DNA from: Candidatus Omnitrophota bacterium
GTDB lineage: Bacteria > Omnitrophota > Omnitrophia > Omnitrophales > Aquincolibacteriaceae
NCBI GenBank assembly: GCA_903884815.1
Contig: CAISGE010000058.1
Coordinates: forward strand, 6,583-70,582
Length of the DNA stretch: 64,000 nt
Direction of reading: 5' to 3'
Under the pieces are notes generated by a model, which searched no databases, had not been told where the DNA came from, and saw only the letters and a program-made list of their open reading frames with translations. Below are positions 34,201 through 49,200 of the stretch, in pieces. Within the stretch, counting starts at the first letter, position 1, and the number at the start of each line of letters is the position of its first letter. The position numbers and the translations under genes were made by a program.

Positions 34201-37200
34201 GATCAGGTCAAAATCGGTGAGGTTCCGGCACGCGGGAAATGGCAGGGCTTATTCCTGAAATACTGGCCGTGGTTCCCTGCTGTGTTCGTTCTGATGTCCG
34301 GCCTCTTCAACATTATTCCGCTAACGTCGGCGGTATTTCTTTTCGGTTCGGCCGTGGTCAGCCATCACCTCGCGAAGCTCGTGGTAGTTTTGAAAGAAAA
34401 AGTTTTCCCGCACGACGAAGAACCCGTGCTTGGCGCGGGAAACCCTGCCGTGGCGCCGGAGGGGATGAACCTCCATTACGATGCTTCAAAAAAAGTCTGG
34501 AAGGGATCCGAGATCACATGGCCGTCCGATGCCGGAAAGGCCTTGAGAGTCCATGGCTTGTCTTGGAAGAGAGATCGGGAGGATCCCATCCAGAAAGTGA
34601 TCGCAGGGCTTCCCCCTGTCAATTATTGGGATCCTGTTTCCGGAGAAATCCAAACGGAAGAAGCCGCGATCTTTTTCCGGCGCTACAGGACTCGTGCCAC
34701 GTGGGTGGTTCCTGAAGAGGAGCGTGAAGCCGCGTTTCGCCTGGCGGCCCTGTCCGGCGAGGAATTCCGGAGAGATGCCGTGGTCCGGGCGGCGATCAGC
34801 TCTTTTAGGGCTTACCTTCCTGTTCGAGGCGTGAACGAGCTGGATCGATTGCTCGCGGATCTTCAAGATCCAGCCAAAGTCCGGGAGGTTCTGACGGCCC
34901 CCTTTATGGCCGAGGACATGACGCGGCAACTTCTTTTTCAGGCCCAGAAGTTTGGCTTAGGTCCGATCAAGAGTGAAGCGAAAAACCTTAAGAAGTACGT
35001 CCTGGCTCGCCTTGTCCTCCAGGAAATCCTCCACCGGTTGAGTTTGTCGGATGATCTTTTACCTGACGCGAGTTCGTTACGTAGGTCAGGTTTAAACCTG
35101 ACCTACAATCCGGAACAGGATGAACAGCGGTCATATATAGAAGCCCGGCGCGAGAGCTGCCTGGCGGATCTGCACGAATTGGCCCACGACCTGATGCTGC
35201 ATTCCGGGACATTTACTTTTGCGGCTCGTGTGAATGTCTCAGGCATCGAAGCCGATTACGGTCCGGCGCTCGCGGAGGAGCTTCGTTCGAAAATTAATTT
35301 AATTGATGATCTGGAAATTCCGGCGGAACCGCTTACAGCGGAAATGTTACAGACGGCCCAGGAATCCTACAGGACGTTTTTGGTTACGCTGGGTGAGATG
35401 CGAGAGATCATGGTCCGGCATCAGCGCTCGACAGGCCCGGACGCGCCGGCGGAAAGTTTCTCTTATCAAAATCTCATGGACTCCTTGACGCATTATGAGA
35501 GCCTCATTCAGGAGGCTATGTTTCCGGCCATCGATCATTGGCTCGAGAATCTGCGAACCCAAGAGGCCTCGCAGGCGGCAGCGAAGCGGAATTCCGAAGT
35601 GAAACGCCTTCAGTTGCTTCCGGGGTTTTTGGCTCCGGGTGCTTCTTCGTCCGCGGCGCAGGGGGGCAAAAGGGCGGAAACGCGGAGGAAACCGAAAGAC
35701 GGGTTGCGGGGACCGAAGGAAAATTTAAACTCCGGTATCGTTAGGAGATTGCCCGTATGGGTTGTGGGTTCTCTGTTCGGCGCGATGGAGGGGTTGTACT
35801 GGTTGCTCAACCAAGCCATCTTCAACCTGTATGCATTCATTCAACTTCCCTATGAGGACTACACGGCGACTATCGCTTATCTGGTTGGGCCCGTGATCGA
35901 AGAGATCAAGGACCGGCTCATTCTTTTTAAATACGGTTTCATGCCGCGTATGAGTTCTACTGCGGCGGTACTCTCCAGTTCGGCAGTTTTTTCGGTACTT
36001 CATGTTTTGACATACTGGGCCGAGGATCCGATCCTGTTCGCGCCCCGGTTGATCGCATCTTTTGTTGCCGGCGTTTCTCTGGCGGCCAGTTACCGGATAT
36101 CGGGGACCCTGCTCGTCCCGATCGCGCTTCACATGATCCACAATGCCAAGGTAGATGCCTCAAATCCATTGCTCTGGGTCTGGGACGCTCTGTTTATGAT
36201 GATCTCGGTGTTTTATGTCTTTCGCGAGGCCTTCACACCGGCGCTTCAAAAACAGCTCGTCTCTCCGAAGGTTCCCACCTGGCGCAAATTGCTGGTGATC
36301 CGTTTACTGGGCGCCACTGAAACGAAGGAGGCTGAGACAGCGCTCGAGAATTTTATTGCTGCGAAGCCGTCTCCTTCCCCTGATTTATCAAAGGCCGCGC
36401 GCCGCGCGATAGATCAAATGAATCCGCGAAGCCTTCAAGCGAGTGAGAAGAAAAATCCCGTCGGTCGCGCCGAGACGCGCATTCGAGGAGTGATCGAGGG
36501 GATTCAGGCGATGGGGGATGTTCGCGCTCTCGCGTACCTGTCCTCCGCGATCGAAGGGGTGCAGACTTTAAATGATATTCAAGATCCCGAAGTCATGGAC
36601 GCATTAAAAAATGCATTCCAAACCGGTGAAATTGGTGAGATCGAAAATCAAGTTCAAAAAGTGCGGTGGTGGAAAATAGGTACGAAGAATTCATTTTGGA
36701 AATGTGCGCGGACTATTCGCGACAAATTGAACGAACTCCTTAATCCGCAATGGAGTCGTTTTATGCTCGCGGTGGATCAAATCGATCGTAAAGATGTATG
36801 CCAGCTTGTTTATAAGATCATGTCCGGAACGGATGAACCTTCTTTTTCATCGGCAGAACAGGCCTTGTTAGAAAGTCATCACGCGATCATAGATGTTTTT
36901 AGAGATTATCCCCGCCTGGCCCGTCTACTTGGGAATCTTCCTCCGGGTCTGATCATTCCTGAGGCATTGTCCCGCCGATTAAACGAGGTTTTTAACCGCT
37001 TGCGGTCAAAGGAATTGGAGTTCAACTTTCAAAGAATGCGGGCGACTTTTGACGCGATGCTGGCGGCCGGGAGAGTGATTGATGGTATTGATCGTGAACC
37101 GACGCTTGGTTTTGTAATAAGGATCGTTCGGGGTGAAGTGAATGCCGGGGATATTTTGAGTCATAATGAAAGGGAATCCCTGGCCGAGATCGAAATGCTA

Positions 37201-40200
37201 ACCGGAGCGGCAGGACTTGCCGAGGTCATCGCGGCCATTGGGACCGATCCGACCCTCATTCAAAAAGTCGAAATGCGGCGTTCTCTGTTAAGAATGAACC
37301 AAGAAATCGATAGAACGATGAGAGAACTTCAGACGAAATTCGAACATGCAACGGGTCCAGAGCAAGAAAGGCTTCGTCTGCTCTTGGAAGTGGCAGCTAA
37401 ATTAGGTGAAAACAAGCGGCAATTCTTAGAAGAACTTGGGGAGGGGAAAACAAATCAATTCCGTACCGAGATGCGGTCAACGTTGAAATTTCTTGTGGCA
37501 AGTGCCGTGGACGGGATGATCTGGGTCGGAACTTTGATTAGTTTCAAGAGACATTATGAAGCGGGGGTTTCTAATCCTCCGGCGGTCGCGACGGCTCCGT
37601 CGTTTCGTCCGGCTTCCTTCGATGATCCTATTTATGTGGTGCCGTCAGAGAAAGCGCTGCGGTCCAAGGACATTCTCACTCAGTTCATCGGCGATCCGCG
37701 GGGAGTCGCGAGGATCCGGGAAATGGATGAGATCGTCCGCCGGGAATTCGCCAAGGAAGCCGGTTCGCTCGACGCGTACATCCAATTTGCAAAAAGCGGA
37801 GAGGAGCGTCCGCTTGTCGTCCAGCAGGCGCTGTGGCTTGCTTCCAAGATGGACCCGGTTTGGCTCAAGTGGCTTAAGGAAAGAAATACCTCGATCTATT
37901 CGACCGACACGCCTGATTATGGCTACACGCGGGGGAGCCGGTTCTCTGGATATTTCGGGGAACCCCGCATTCGTGTTTCCAATGAGATCAAGTCTCCGAC
38001 GCAACTCGCCATTGTTCTTGCCGGTCACGAGGGCAAGCACGCGAACCGTTTGCCGCGTGATCTTCGCGGGGCGATATGGAACTCGCACATCATGCTGGAG
38101 AACCTCTTTCGAATCACAAAGCTGAATACGGAAGAAGTCGCGGCTTTCAATAGCGCGCGGATCTTCACGAACGCTCTCCTGAATGTAACACCGGAACCGC
38201 CTAATATCGGTTTTAACGACGCGAGTAAGCTCACCTACAGTTATCGTGATGCCGGTTGGGCTTTTGCTTTGGACGGGATCATTACAGTGGGTTGGTATGC
38301 TGTGGGTCTGACGTTCTGGGGTATCGGGTTAAGGAGTATGATCCGCAAAGATCGCCAGCGAGCGGAATGGAAGAAGTACGGCCGTTATGGCCCGAGGCCT
38401 GGGCAGACGCACACTCGGTCCGGATACGGCCGTGCCGAAAATCGGAATACGGCAGGCTCGGTAGACGGACCCGTCGATTGGACTCCCGGGTTGAATCTGG
38501 CGATCCTGGAATATTTCGGGCCCCGATGGTTGCCCGTCGAAAATAGAACAAGTGAAAACCTGAAAAATCGGCAGCGGATTGCGAGATTGATCATAGCCAC
38601 ATCGCTCAACAAGCGGGACTATCTGACAGACGATTTTGAATTTGTGGCGCCCCGGGAAGTGGTGGTCGCTGAAATGGAAGGTTTCCTTGATCACATGCAT
38701 GCCAACATGCGCCCCCTCATTGCCGGGTTGGAAGACCAGTACGGCGCTATTGCTGACGAGCTTGAACGCATCGTCACCGCCTCGCGCCCCGATGTGCGGG
38801 ATCCTGAACATGCGGGCTTCTTGCTGAGATCTCCCGGAGAATTCGATCTGCCCGCTCGCGTGGAGACACTGACGGATGCTGCTACGGGTGCACGAGAACC
38901 TGAAGTTGGCATTTCCGGGACAAGCGAAAATACCGGAAACGACCGTGCCGAAACGCCGAAGACGGAGGAAGAGCGGATCGATTTCCAGGATCTCGGCAAT
39001 GTTCTCACCGCGTTTTTTTCTCCAGAGCGCGTGGAGGGGTATTTTGACAGATACGACATCATTCGCATTATTTCAGCTTTTGTCATGTCGTTGGGGTCTT
39101 TTTACTATATGGATAAGTCGAATATTGCGGCCGTGGTTGCCATGGCGACTTTGTGGAATGTGCTGATCCTCATCCGGTCGATCATTACCGAAAGTGTGCC
39201 CCCTTTGTTGAAGAAAAAGGGCTGGTCGTTCTCTCAGATGCGCTGGGCTAAGTTTACCGCGCAGATGTTCTCTAGCGACATTTCGATCATAACGCTTGTC
39301 TTTTCGATGTTCGTCAACAATCACATCCTGAGCTTTTTTGACATGGCGAAGACGTCCCCGGGCGGGCTTGTAGTGTCGGGTTTTGTGATCGGAACGATGA
39401 ACGGCCTTCACGATGCTTTCTTCCGGGTCATACAGGGAGACTCCCGGCGCACGGTCATTCTGGATTTCTTCAGGGACTATGTGATGTACACGGTCCCTAT
39501 GCTGTTCGTCAATATTTTGCCGTTCCTGTCCAAACCGTTTTTTTACTCGGTATTTGCAAAAGTGATCGGGGAGACATGGGCCGGAATGGCAGAATGGCAA
39601 TCCGAGAGTTACTTGCCGGTAGTGGCAGGCGCGACGATGGAGGAGATGAGAAAAATGTTGCGGCAATTGCCTCGATGGAGATGGGATGACGGAGATAAGC
39701 CTCCCTGCCAGAGATCACTTACGCTAGAGGACACCACGATGATCGTGCGTGTGTCGAATAAAGATGAAGAAGGCTGGGCGATCCAGTTCAGAAAAATCGC
39801 GGAGGAAGGGAACGAGATGCTGACCCTTACATGGAGACCGAACGAGGGGCTGAGGGTTGGGAGAAAAATAGTCGAAGGACTTGATCCTTCGAAGAATCCG
39901 CTTGCCAGTTTTTCTTACGGAGATGACCCTGAAAAACCTCGAAACCTACGCCTCGTGTTCAGTAATGGGCAAGGCTTCACAATCTCTCAAGTCTCATCGG
40001 CTCCAAGGGAATCGGGTCCGGCGGGCTTTATTCTCGAAAACTTTCTCCTGTCCGAGGTGCAGCTCGCCGTAGAGAGAGCTGAAGTCCGTGACGGGGTCGG
40101 ATCAGGGGCGGAGATCGACCGGACCGGGATGAGGCTCACCCCCAGAACGCTTCTCGCTTCGAACGGATTGATGTCGGCAGTCGCGAAACATCTCGCCGCG

Positions 40201-43200
40201 CTCCCGGAGACGGACTTGAACGGAATTCTGAAAACGCAAGGAGTGAAGTTCCCCACAGGCGTGAGGGGAAGGCTTCTGGACACCTTTCAAGAGAGCGGCT
40301 TCAAGCAGGCTTTGCTTGGGGAATTCAGCCGAACGATGATGGCCGGCGGCGTGGTCCTTGTCGAGGCGGATGCCGGCTCTCTTCGAAGGCTCACAAAAAA
40401 TGACAAGGAATTCGAGCTGGTGTGGACCGGCGAGGACGGGAAGATCCATGTCCTTGAGCGCTTCTATGAATACCTGAATCAGATCACGAATGAGAAGGAA
40501 CGGATCAGTGTCGCCGCCGCGCTTTTCGCACGTCAGATCGCCGCAAGACTTTTTCTCCGGATCCTCAGCCAGGAGGACCCGCAAGCAAACACGAACCCCG
40601 TTCTGGCTCCCAAAATTCTCCTGAGTGCCCGTGCTGTTGAAGATTTCGTCTTTAACTCCGCGCCCCAAAAACTCGAAGAGTCGCAGGTCGATCTCCGCGC
40701 CCGCGGCTTCATACACCAGCAGATGTGGGAACGCCATGAACCCATGGCTCGCCATGCCGCGCCTCGTATCGATTGGGGCCCTAATGAACGCCGCATGAAA
40801 GGCCTTCTCAACCGGTTGGAGCTCATGCGCGACAAGTTGGTCACGGCCGGTAAAGTGACTCCTGCCGATCGCAAGGAAATAGACGATATAGACGCCTCTT
40901 TCACGCTGACTTTGAGCAAAAAGACGGCAGATGAGATTGCCCGGAAGGTCAGGGCCGCGACCGCCGTTGAAATTGAGGCGCAGCGCGAAAGACTGTTGCG
41001 GGCCTACGGCGTGATGCAAGGCCGGATCGTTGCGGCAGCCAAAAATCTCGAGGAGAGAATCATCTCGGAGAAGGCCTACCAGGAAACGACTTCCAAGGCG
41101 AACGCTCAGGCGAACGGGATCCTGAACCGGTTGATCAAGGCGGATCTCGCTCTGATCCGCGCCCAGCTTGAAATGAGAGTCTCCTTCCGTAACAGCCTGA
41201 ATGATCTTATCAATCACTTCGAAGAGAAGGTTCATGAACTCCAGTGGCGGAGCGTTCACGATCAGGCCCAGAACGAGATCAAAGAGGTTTTTGTCCGGGG
41301 CGCCGCAAGCGATGATTATTTGAAAGTCCGGATGCTGAAGGATGTGATCGATCGCCAGAGAAGGACGGGCGTGACCGAGCATAAGGAGTCACGGTGGAAT
41401 CACGAGGAGACATATTATCTGGCGACGATCAAGCAGCTCGTGGTCGCGCTCGCGGATGAAGAGGCGGCGGTTACGGTCAATCCCAAGGCGAGGCGCGCTT
41501 GGCTGCTCAGCTATCTCAGGATGAGAAAGGTCGATTTCGGCGGGAAAGCCGATGACGCGGTCATGCTGGATGACATTGCCGCGGCGATCTATTTGCGGCA
41601 GGACATCGCGGACGCCGTGATGAATAAAGTCGGGAAGTGGGCGCATTCCAGGCCTGCCGCCGGGCTTGATGATGCGGCGCTCAGGGAACGGGAGCTCATC
41701 GCCGAGCTGATCCCGGAGCCTGATGACGTGAGGCCGGTCGAGAGACTGAAGCGTATCCGCTATGCGAATCTGTTTAATTTCCTGCGGTCCCGCGATCATG
41801 TGCTTGAGACCTACGACCGCGAGGAGCGTAACGCGTGGCAGGCGATCGGTTTCTGGAATGACATCGCGTATCAGCTCAGAAACGCAAAAAGCGATGCGAT
41901 GACGGCCTCGCGTCTCCGGAATATCCGCTGGGACCTGGCGCCGATCGAGGAGTGGGTGGCGCACGCCCGCGTGGATGAGAAAACAAGGATCCGGGAACTT
42001 GTGGCGAAGGCGCGGGACAATGTCAAATTGGGGCAGTTCGACATCGTTCTTGACGCCGCCGCAGAAGCCCAGACGATACTCCAGAACGACTTTATTGAAA
42101 GGATTCGCCGGATGAGCCGGTATGTGGGCCAGCACAAGCAGTCCATCATGGCGGAGCTGGATACCGGCATGAAGCTGATCCGCTCCGGGATCCGCGAGAA
42201 TAGGCGTCGTGATTTCGGAAAGGCCTTGACCCGTTTCAGGAATTTTAAGGCACGGTATCTTGATGGCGCTAAGTCCACGAGCGAAGAGCCAGGCTATATC
42301 CGGGCGAAGAAGAATCTTACGATGGCGATCGCGGAGCTCGCGGCGGCTCATCAACTCAATTACGTTCCTGCCGAGGACCGTTTGCTCATCATTCTGAAAT
42401 GCCTCTATCGCGTTTGGTACGGCGTCGAGCATAAATACGAAACCATTCCTGAAATGGGCCCCGAAGCCGACGAGATCGAAGCCGAAGTCACTGCCCGCGC
42501 TCGCCAGGACCTCGCCCTCCGCGCCGAGATGCGGAAGGTGGAATTTCTTGGAGCCGATCATCCGATCGTTCGTGATCTGTCCGCGGCGACAACCGGGGCG
42601 GAGGTCAGAAAGATTTTGCCGCGGCTTATTCCCGAAGCTGCGGAGAGAAAGGCTTATTTGGCGTTTCGCGTGATCTCTCGGAATGCGGAAAAAGATGAGG
42701 CCCTTGAAGCCTTGGGGTTCTGGACGGACGTGAGCCGGTCGGACGCCATCGATGCTTTCGAGGCATCAATCCCTCAGAAGTTGGGGAAGCCGGGGAGCAT
42801 CAAAGGGATCGTTTGCTATCCTGGAAACAGGACTGTTGCGATCGAATTCCGGAATGGCGACAGCGTTGTGCTCGGCGTGAAATCCGGTTTTTATGGATCC
42901 ACAAAATTCGAGAACAACATAAGGGGGAACCCTTCCGCTTCGGATATTGCCGCGTTTCCGAAAATTCTACAGGGATATCTCCAAAATGGAAATTTGACGG
43001 TGCGGGGGGTGAAAGCGGATCTCCCTTTGGAGTATCTCTTGCCGACCACTATCCAGGTTGAAAAACTTGCCCAAAGCCTGCCTGATCTAGAGGGAGTTGT
43101 TGTAAGCGACTCGGCGTATCAGCAATATAAAGAGGTGCAGCAAAAAGCGGCAGCGGCAAAAGAGGCGAAACGGGTAAGAGATGCGATTCAGGCTGAAAGC

Positions 43201-46200
43201 GCTAAAGCTGCCGAGAAGGTGAAACTTAAAGACGCCGAGGAAAAGAGACTGGCCAAGGTGGCTCTCGAACAAGCCCAACGCGCAAAATGGAAAACGTGGA
43301 TCGCGCGATGGTCCCTGAGGGTGGGGGTTTCCGTCGGACTCGGGATCGGATGCCTGGTCGGTTACAAGATTCTGGATCTTTTGAAGTTGGACCGGCAGTC
43401 ACGCGCGGCGAGAATCATCAAACAGGACGTGACATCGCTTGATACCGATCTCGTGGAATATTTCGGGTACTATCCCTCCTTGGAAATCCCTTTCCAAAAA
43501 AATCTCGCCCGGTACGAAGAAGCGCTTTCGCACGCGAGTCTCAGTCAGGCGGAGGCGATGGAAAAGGCGACGGGGGATTACGATCTCGCGGCCGCCCTTG
43601 CCGGGATCGAAAAACAGCAGCAGGCCCTCGCGGCAATCCCGAGCGACGTCTTTGACTGGCGGGCGGGATACAGGCAGTACTTGAACCTTGTCTATGATCT
43701 CGCGACAAAAGATATCGAGCGCCGGTGGAAGGCAGCGGTAAAAGCCGGGATTCTTGCGGAGGCGGATCACCGTTCTCTTTCGGTATCGCTCCGCGAGTTG
43801 GTGAAAAATTCGATACAAGCTGAGATCGGAATCGCGGAGTCTCAAAAACTTCCGGTCAGGCCGATCGCCTTCATGGCCGGGCTCTTGCAACGTCCGCACC
43901 CGATCGTGGAACAGTTGCAACATTTGAAGCTGAAGAATGACCGGCCCGAAAAGGATCTGACGGTGATCGCGAGCGCGAGTGTGACGCTGCCTTATTCGCT
44001 TTACGCAAGAATGGTCAAGTATGCGGTCCATCAGGGCGGGACGGCGGCCGTATTTTTGGACGCGACACCTTTTCCGGGAAAGCCGGAGATCCTGACGATG
44101 ATCAACCCCGGCGGGAATACCATCGACGGGAAAATCACCGGCGGGAATATCACCGTTTGGTATCGCGGAAAGCCGGTGGGCAGTGCGCAAGCCAGCCGCA
44201 GGAATTTTGATATCGAGGGTCAGAAGATCCATCTCCTGAGCGCGGAGGGACAACCCGTCCGCACGATCGATGTGAGCAAATTCCCCGGCCTTCCCCGCAA
44301 CGAGTTGCGGGTGGCGGTTCCGGCGCAGGCGTCGGGGCGTATATGGAGATTGGGAATGGCGGATGTTCGCTCGCTTCCCGGAGCAAAAACCGTCGATCGG
44401 CTCAAGAATCTGGAGGATACAGAGGCCCGTAGTCTTTACACGAATTTGCCCGAGATGTTGCTTTCGGATGACGGGAAACTTGAGATCGCCGAAGAAAGCT
44501 TCAATCGGGGAATGGAAATCCTCCAGGAAAAGATCCGCCGTCTTAATGCGACGATCAAACTTATCGAGCGTAACGAGCCGGGTTCCGATTTGAAAGATAT
44601 TCTGGGAACCCATAGGGATGCGTTGGTGGAACTGGACAAAATCCTACAGAAAGACCCTCAAGCGATCGTGCAGCGCATGGCGAACGAGAATATCCGGTTC
44701 TCGGTGGTGTTTCTCGAGGAAGGCATTCTCAAGGATGGCCGGCGCGTTAACTATGGCAGTGAGATCGTGCTCGGGAAGCTTCGTAAGGGGTTGGCGATGG
44801 CGCAAACCATGCTGGCGCAGGCAATCGAGGGGTTGGAGCTGAACGCCTTTGTTGAAAAAGTTTTAGGGCTTCCCCGTCGTGAGCAGAGCGATTTTATGGC
44901 GAAAAGCGATGAGCTGAAGCGTTTGGATGAGGACGTGGCCGAGACTGTTAAAGCGGCGATCATCCAGGTCTCGATGTTCCGTAAGAACGTTTCGGATGCC
45001 GAAGAGTTTGACGCTGTCATGAAGGAGATCCTTGTGAAGATCCAGACGGAGGGAACTCCTGAGGATAGCGAGGCGGACGGTCACGCGAAATTCCTGGATT
45101 ACATGCTGTTCCCGGAGCAAGTGCCATCGCCGGAGCAGTATTTGGCTGAGCGGCGGGCGCACGGAAAACTTCTGAAGGCCGTTGTTCTTGTGGGCGAAGG
45201 TCTTAATGCTACGGGGCACTTGGCGATCGTGATCGGAAGCGACAACGAACCGCCCATTTTAGTTTCTATCACTCCGGAAAACATGAAGGAAGTCAAAAAA
45301 GCGATCGCCGAGAGTGGCGCCGGAGGTCAGGTCCCGATCCTCATCCGGCCTGCGGAGGCCGGTTCAGAGCGGAGCGTCAAAGAGGAAGGCGCTGCCGGCG
45401 TGGCCATCGAATTGATCGTCAATCCCTCGGCGGATGAGCTTGCGGAATACCGGCGGCAGGAGTGGATCCAGTCGCTTTGGCCCAAAGCCCTGGCCCGTTT
45501 CTCGCGCGGGATTACCCATTCGGTGAAGCTTAACATGCTGCCCGGTCAGGAGTCTGATCCCGACCATGATGTGGGGCTTTACCGGACCGAGATCATGACG
45601 GCCGAGAGGCTTCAGATCTATTTCGATCTTTTCAAGATCAAAACGGCGGAATTGAACGATCCTAAGGGGGGACGCGACGTGGGAGCGAACCTGAAAGATG
45701 CTCTTTGGCGCCGGCTTTATGAGGATATGGAAGATGAAATGCGGCATATTGCGGAGGATCCGACGCTTGCCGGTAAAAGATTTCGGATGAGGCCCGAGGA
45801 CCGTCGCAGTGACAAGAACTCGGAATATTATGTTGAAATGGAGATGAACGGGATCCCGAACGACGCGGAAGGGCAGGACCATTACCGGACACCGCTCGGA
45901 CGCATCGAGCTTACTTTCCGCCTGATGGCGACTTTGACAGCCGAGGCTATGGCGGCAAAATCCGGGAAGCCACATGCCAAATTCGAAGTGATCTATCCCG
46001 GCGTACGCGGGCCCGAAGACCTCGACTTCATTGAGAACGAGATCCTTCCGGAGGCGAGAAAGTTCGCCGCGCAACGGGTCGCGGAACTTTCGGGGGAGAC
46101 TGTTGAGGCGTCCGCTCGGGCGATCGCAGCCGCCGAGGCAAACATCCGTTTTGGGATGATGATCGAGCTTTCCGAAGCTGCTGTGGAGAATAGGCAGGCG

Positions 46201-49200
46201 CTGTTGACGCGCCCAGGATATTTGGATTTCAGTGTCGGGTCAAACGATCTTGAGACGAGCCTTGCGGATAAAGCTTCACAGGCCAAAGGGGGGCCGAGGA
46301 TCACTCGCGATAGCCCGGAGATCAGTCAAGCGAAAGGTATCATCGGAGAAGATATGCGGGAGATCGTGACCGGTTGGGCGAGTGATATTGACCGTATGAA
46401 CCGTGAGGCAGCGCCGGGACAGGAGAAAACGCTTTCGATCTGCGGGGAGAAAGCGGCAGACAAGGAAGGACGCAACTTCTTCGGGCCTTTTTTCAACGAC
46501 CTTGTACAGCGCTTTCCGCGTGCGAATCTTTCCCGAAGTATGTCCGTGGGGAGCATTCCTTACACTGCCACGCTTGAAAATTTGCTTCGTATGCCGCAGT
46601 ACTCCGGCATCGGCTCCGTTTATAGCCAGCCCCGTCAGACCGAATTGCCTCTCGAGACTGGGGCGACGGAAGAAGCTCCGGAGGTCGAAGCCGGACGCGA
46701 GGTGGAGGCTCTCATGCAGAACCTCAGGCCCGTAATGCTCGTTCTGGAGCAGTACCAGTCCCGCTACGAACGTGAGGGTTTTTACGATGCCTTGCATCTG
46801 CTCAAGATCAATATGAGGGACGGCATCGGGGGGCTAGCCGAATTTCAATATCTGGACCGGATGCTTACGGCTGTTTCGAAAGAGGACAAGAAGCCTTCCG
46901 CCGACGAGCTCTATGTGGATCCCGACCAGAGGATGAACGCTGCCGGCCTCCGAACGCTTCTTAAAAAACTCAAAACGCACGTCAAGTCCGGTTCGATCAG
47001 CGCGGAGGATATCGATTTGCTTGAGGAGGCATTTAAATTTATGACGTCCCTCCAGGAGTCTTTTGAGACGGCGAGCAAGAAGGACCCCGAACTTTTTGGC
47101 CACTCACTCAATTTGCACAACATGGAAGAGTTCCTGAAAGTTTATCCTTTGGCTTCGGGCGATCCGACGCGCCAAGCCTACGATCTCATATCCCAATATC
47201 AGGCCTACGCGGAGAAAGTTTTCACTATCACGGCTCGCTTCCTTTTCACGGTGAGTCAGGAAAAATTCCCCCCAGAGATCGCGAGCGAAAAAGATCTCGG
47301 GGTAGCGATGTCCGATCAGAGTGGGAAAGTATTTTTCATGGAGCAGGAACGGAAGGGGATCAGTTTTTATTTGGGGGAAGGTTTTGTCTATGGCATCGGC
47401 CGGTATCTGGAGGTGAAGAATGCCCGGGCGTGGCTTGAGGCGAACCCGGAGCGGCTCCTGGAGATCTTCCGTGTTGCGGCGCAGCGCGGCCTGAGGATCT
47501 CGCAGTCGACACAGCAGGCGATCGAGGGTTTTCTGGCGTCCCAGGGGCCCATCGTTCCTGACGAGGTTCAGCGTGCCTGGATGAAGGATTTTGATCATAT
47601 CCTGAAATCCCCCGGGAATGCGGAGTATGCGTTGATCCGCATGGCGCGATTGGGAGTGCTATCAACCCTTTTTCCGGAATCCGTGGCGAGCCGGGGCGTG
47701 CGGGCACGTGAGGGAAACCATTTTGATCTTTTTTCGGATGCGCTTCGCAATTGGGAAATGCTCGGGGCGTTACCCTCTCAAAAAAACCCTGTTTACAGTC
47801 TTGCCCAGGAGACCCTTCACCAAGAGGGGACGAGTCCTACTGGGTTGAGCGATCTTCGACTGGCATTTTTCCTTCCCAGTCTTACGAGGGGATGGGATCT
47901 GAATTCGTCGCCTGCAAGCAGACTTGCGTTGGTTCGTAGCGTCCTGCGTCCCTACGCGAATGCCACTGAAATGAAGCTTAAGGATTTTGTGGGCTGGACG
48001 GCGCGTCTTGTGCGGCTGCTCGATAAACAAGCCTCTCTACTTCAGCATGATTTTCTGACGGATGCTGAGGTTTCCAGGGCGTTGGAGCATCTGACGAAAG
48101 GGATGGAACGCTCCGACATGGAGCTTCTGCGGCAGATCTATCTTATGGCGTTTGTCGCCCGGGCGGGACTGCCCGATTCGGTTGACCGCGGCATGGGCGA
48201 ACGACAGGGACTCGATTCGCCGCTGGCTGATCTCGACACAATGTCTCTCGCCGCGCAGCTCTTGATCGCGGAGGAGCCCGTCAGAGCAGCGGCTTCCGCG
48301 CGCATCGCGGAGGCCGAAGCGGTTGCGCGTCAACAAATGCGGGATGTTGCGGTGGAGAGTGGTTCTGCGCGGCTGCAGGCTTTTGAGCGGATCCGGTCGG
48401 GAGTGCTGAGTGATCTTGCCAATACCGGGGCCATGAGTCGAACCCTGAATGCTTATCTCAAAGTGAACAGGGTGTTGCCGGATTTTCGTAAAAAAGCCGT
48501 GGAGAATGTCGATCTCAAGATCAAGAAGAAGCTTGGCGTCCTTGCGGACGGGACCTTGGATCGTGATGTTGCAACGGCTTTTTTTGATCGCTACGCGCAG
48601 CGAGTCTCGAAATATTATGTCGCGTCCGTGGATGAAGCGACCGTGATCCAGGACCTTTTGATGCTCGCGCATCTTGAATCGGTGCATGAGGAGGAAGGCC
48701 TTGAGCCCGCGGTAAGTTTCCGGGCGTTGCCGCATCACCATCAGCAGGCTTTCGAGATTACTTTCGGATTTCCGATGGCCTCCCCGAGCGCTCTGGCGGT
48801 TTTTCTCGGCATTTTGGCGAACCGGGGTTTTTCCATTACCAACGGACGGCTTTATCCATCGGGGGACGAGAACGCGCCTGTGATAATGAAGTTTTCGGGT
48901 GTTTTCGAACAGGGGCATGTGGACGCCCAGGCCATGCGCATGCAGATCGCCACGGATGTCCAGTCGATCCTGGAGCCGGAAACATTGCCGAAGAAGCGGG
49001 CCACCTTCTTCGGTCGCGCCCGCGACATACTATCCGTATTCTTTCTCGGGGAGAGGAAAAATCGTTTTAATCGTCTGGCCGATCGGTTCCCGGAAGGGTT
49101 CACGGTCCAGAGCTTGAAAGCTGAATGGGAGAAAGCGGAGACACAAGTCGAACGGCTTCCCCGGGACCCCTCCAAGAATTTCACCACGTTTGTGATCTCG

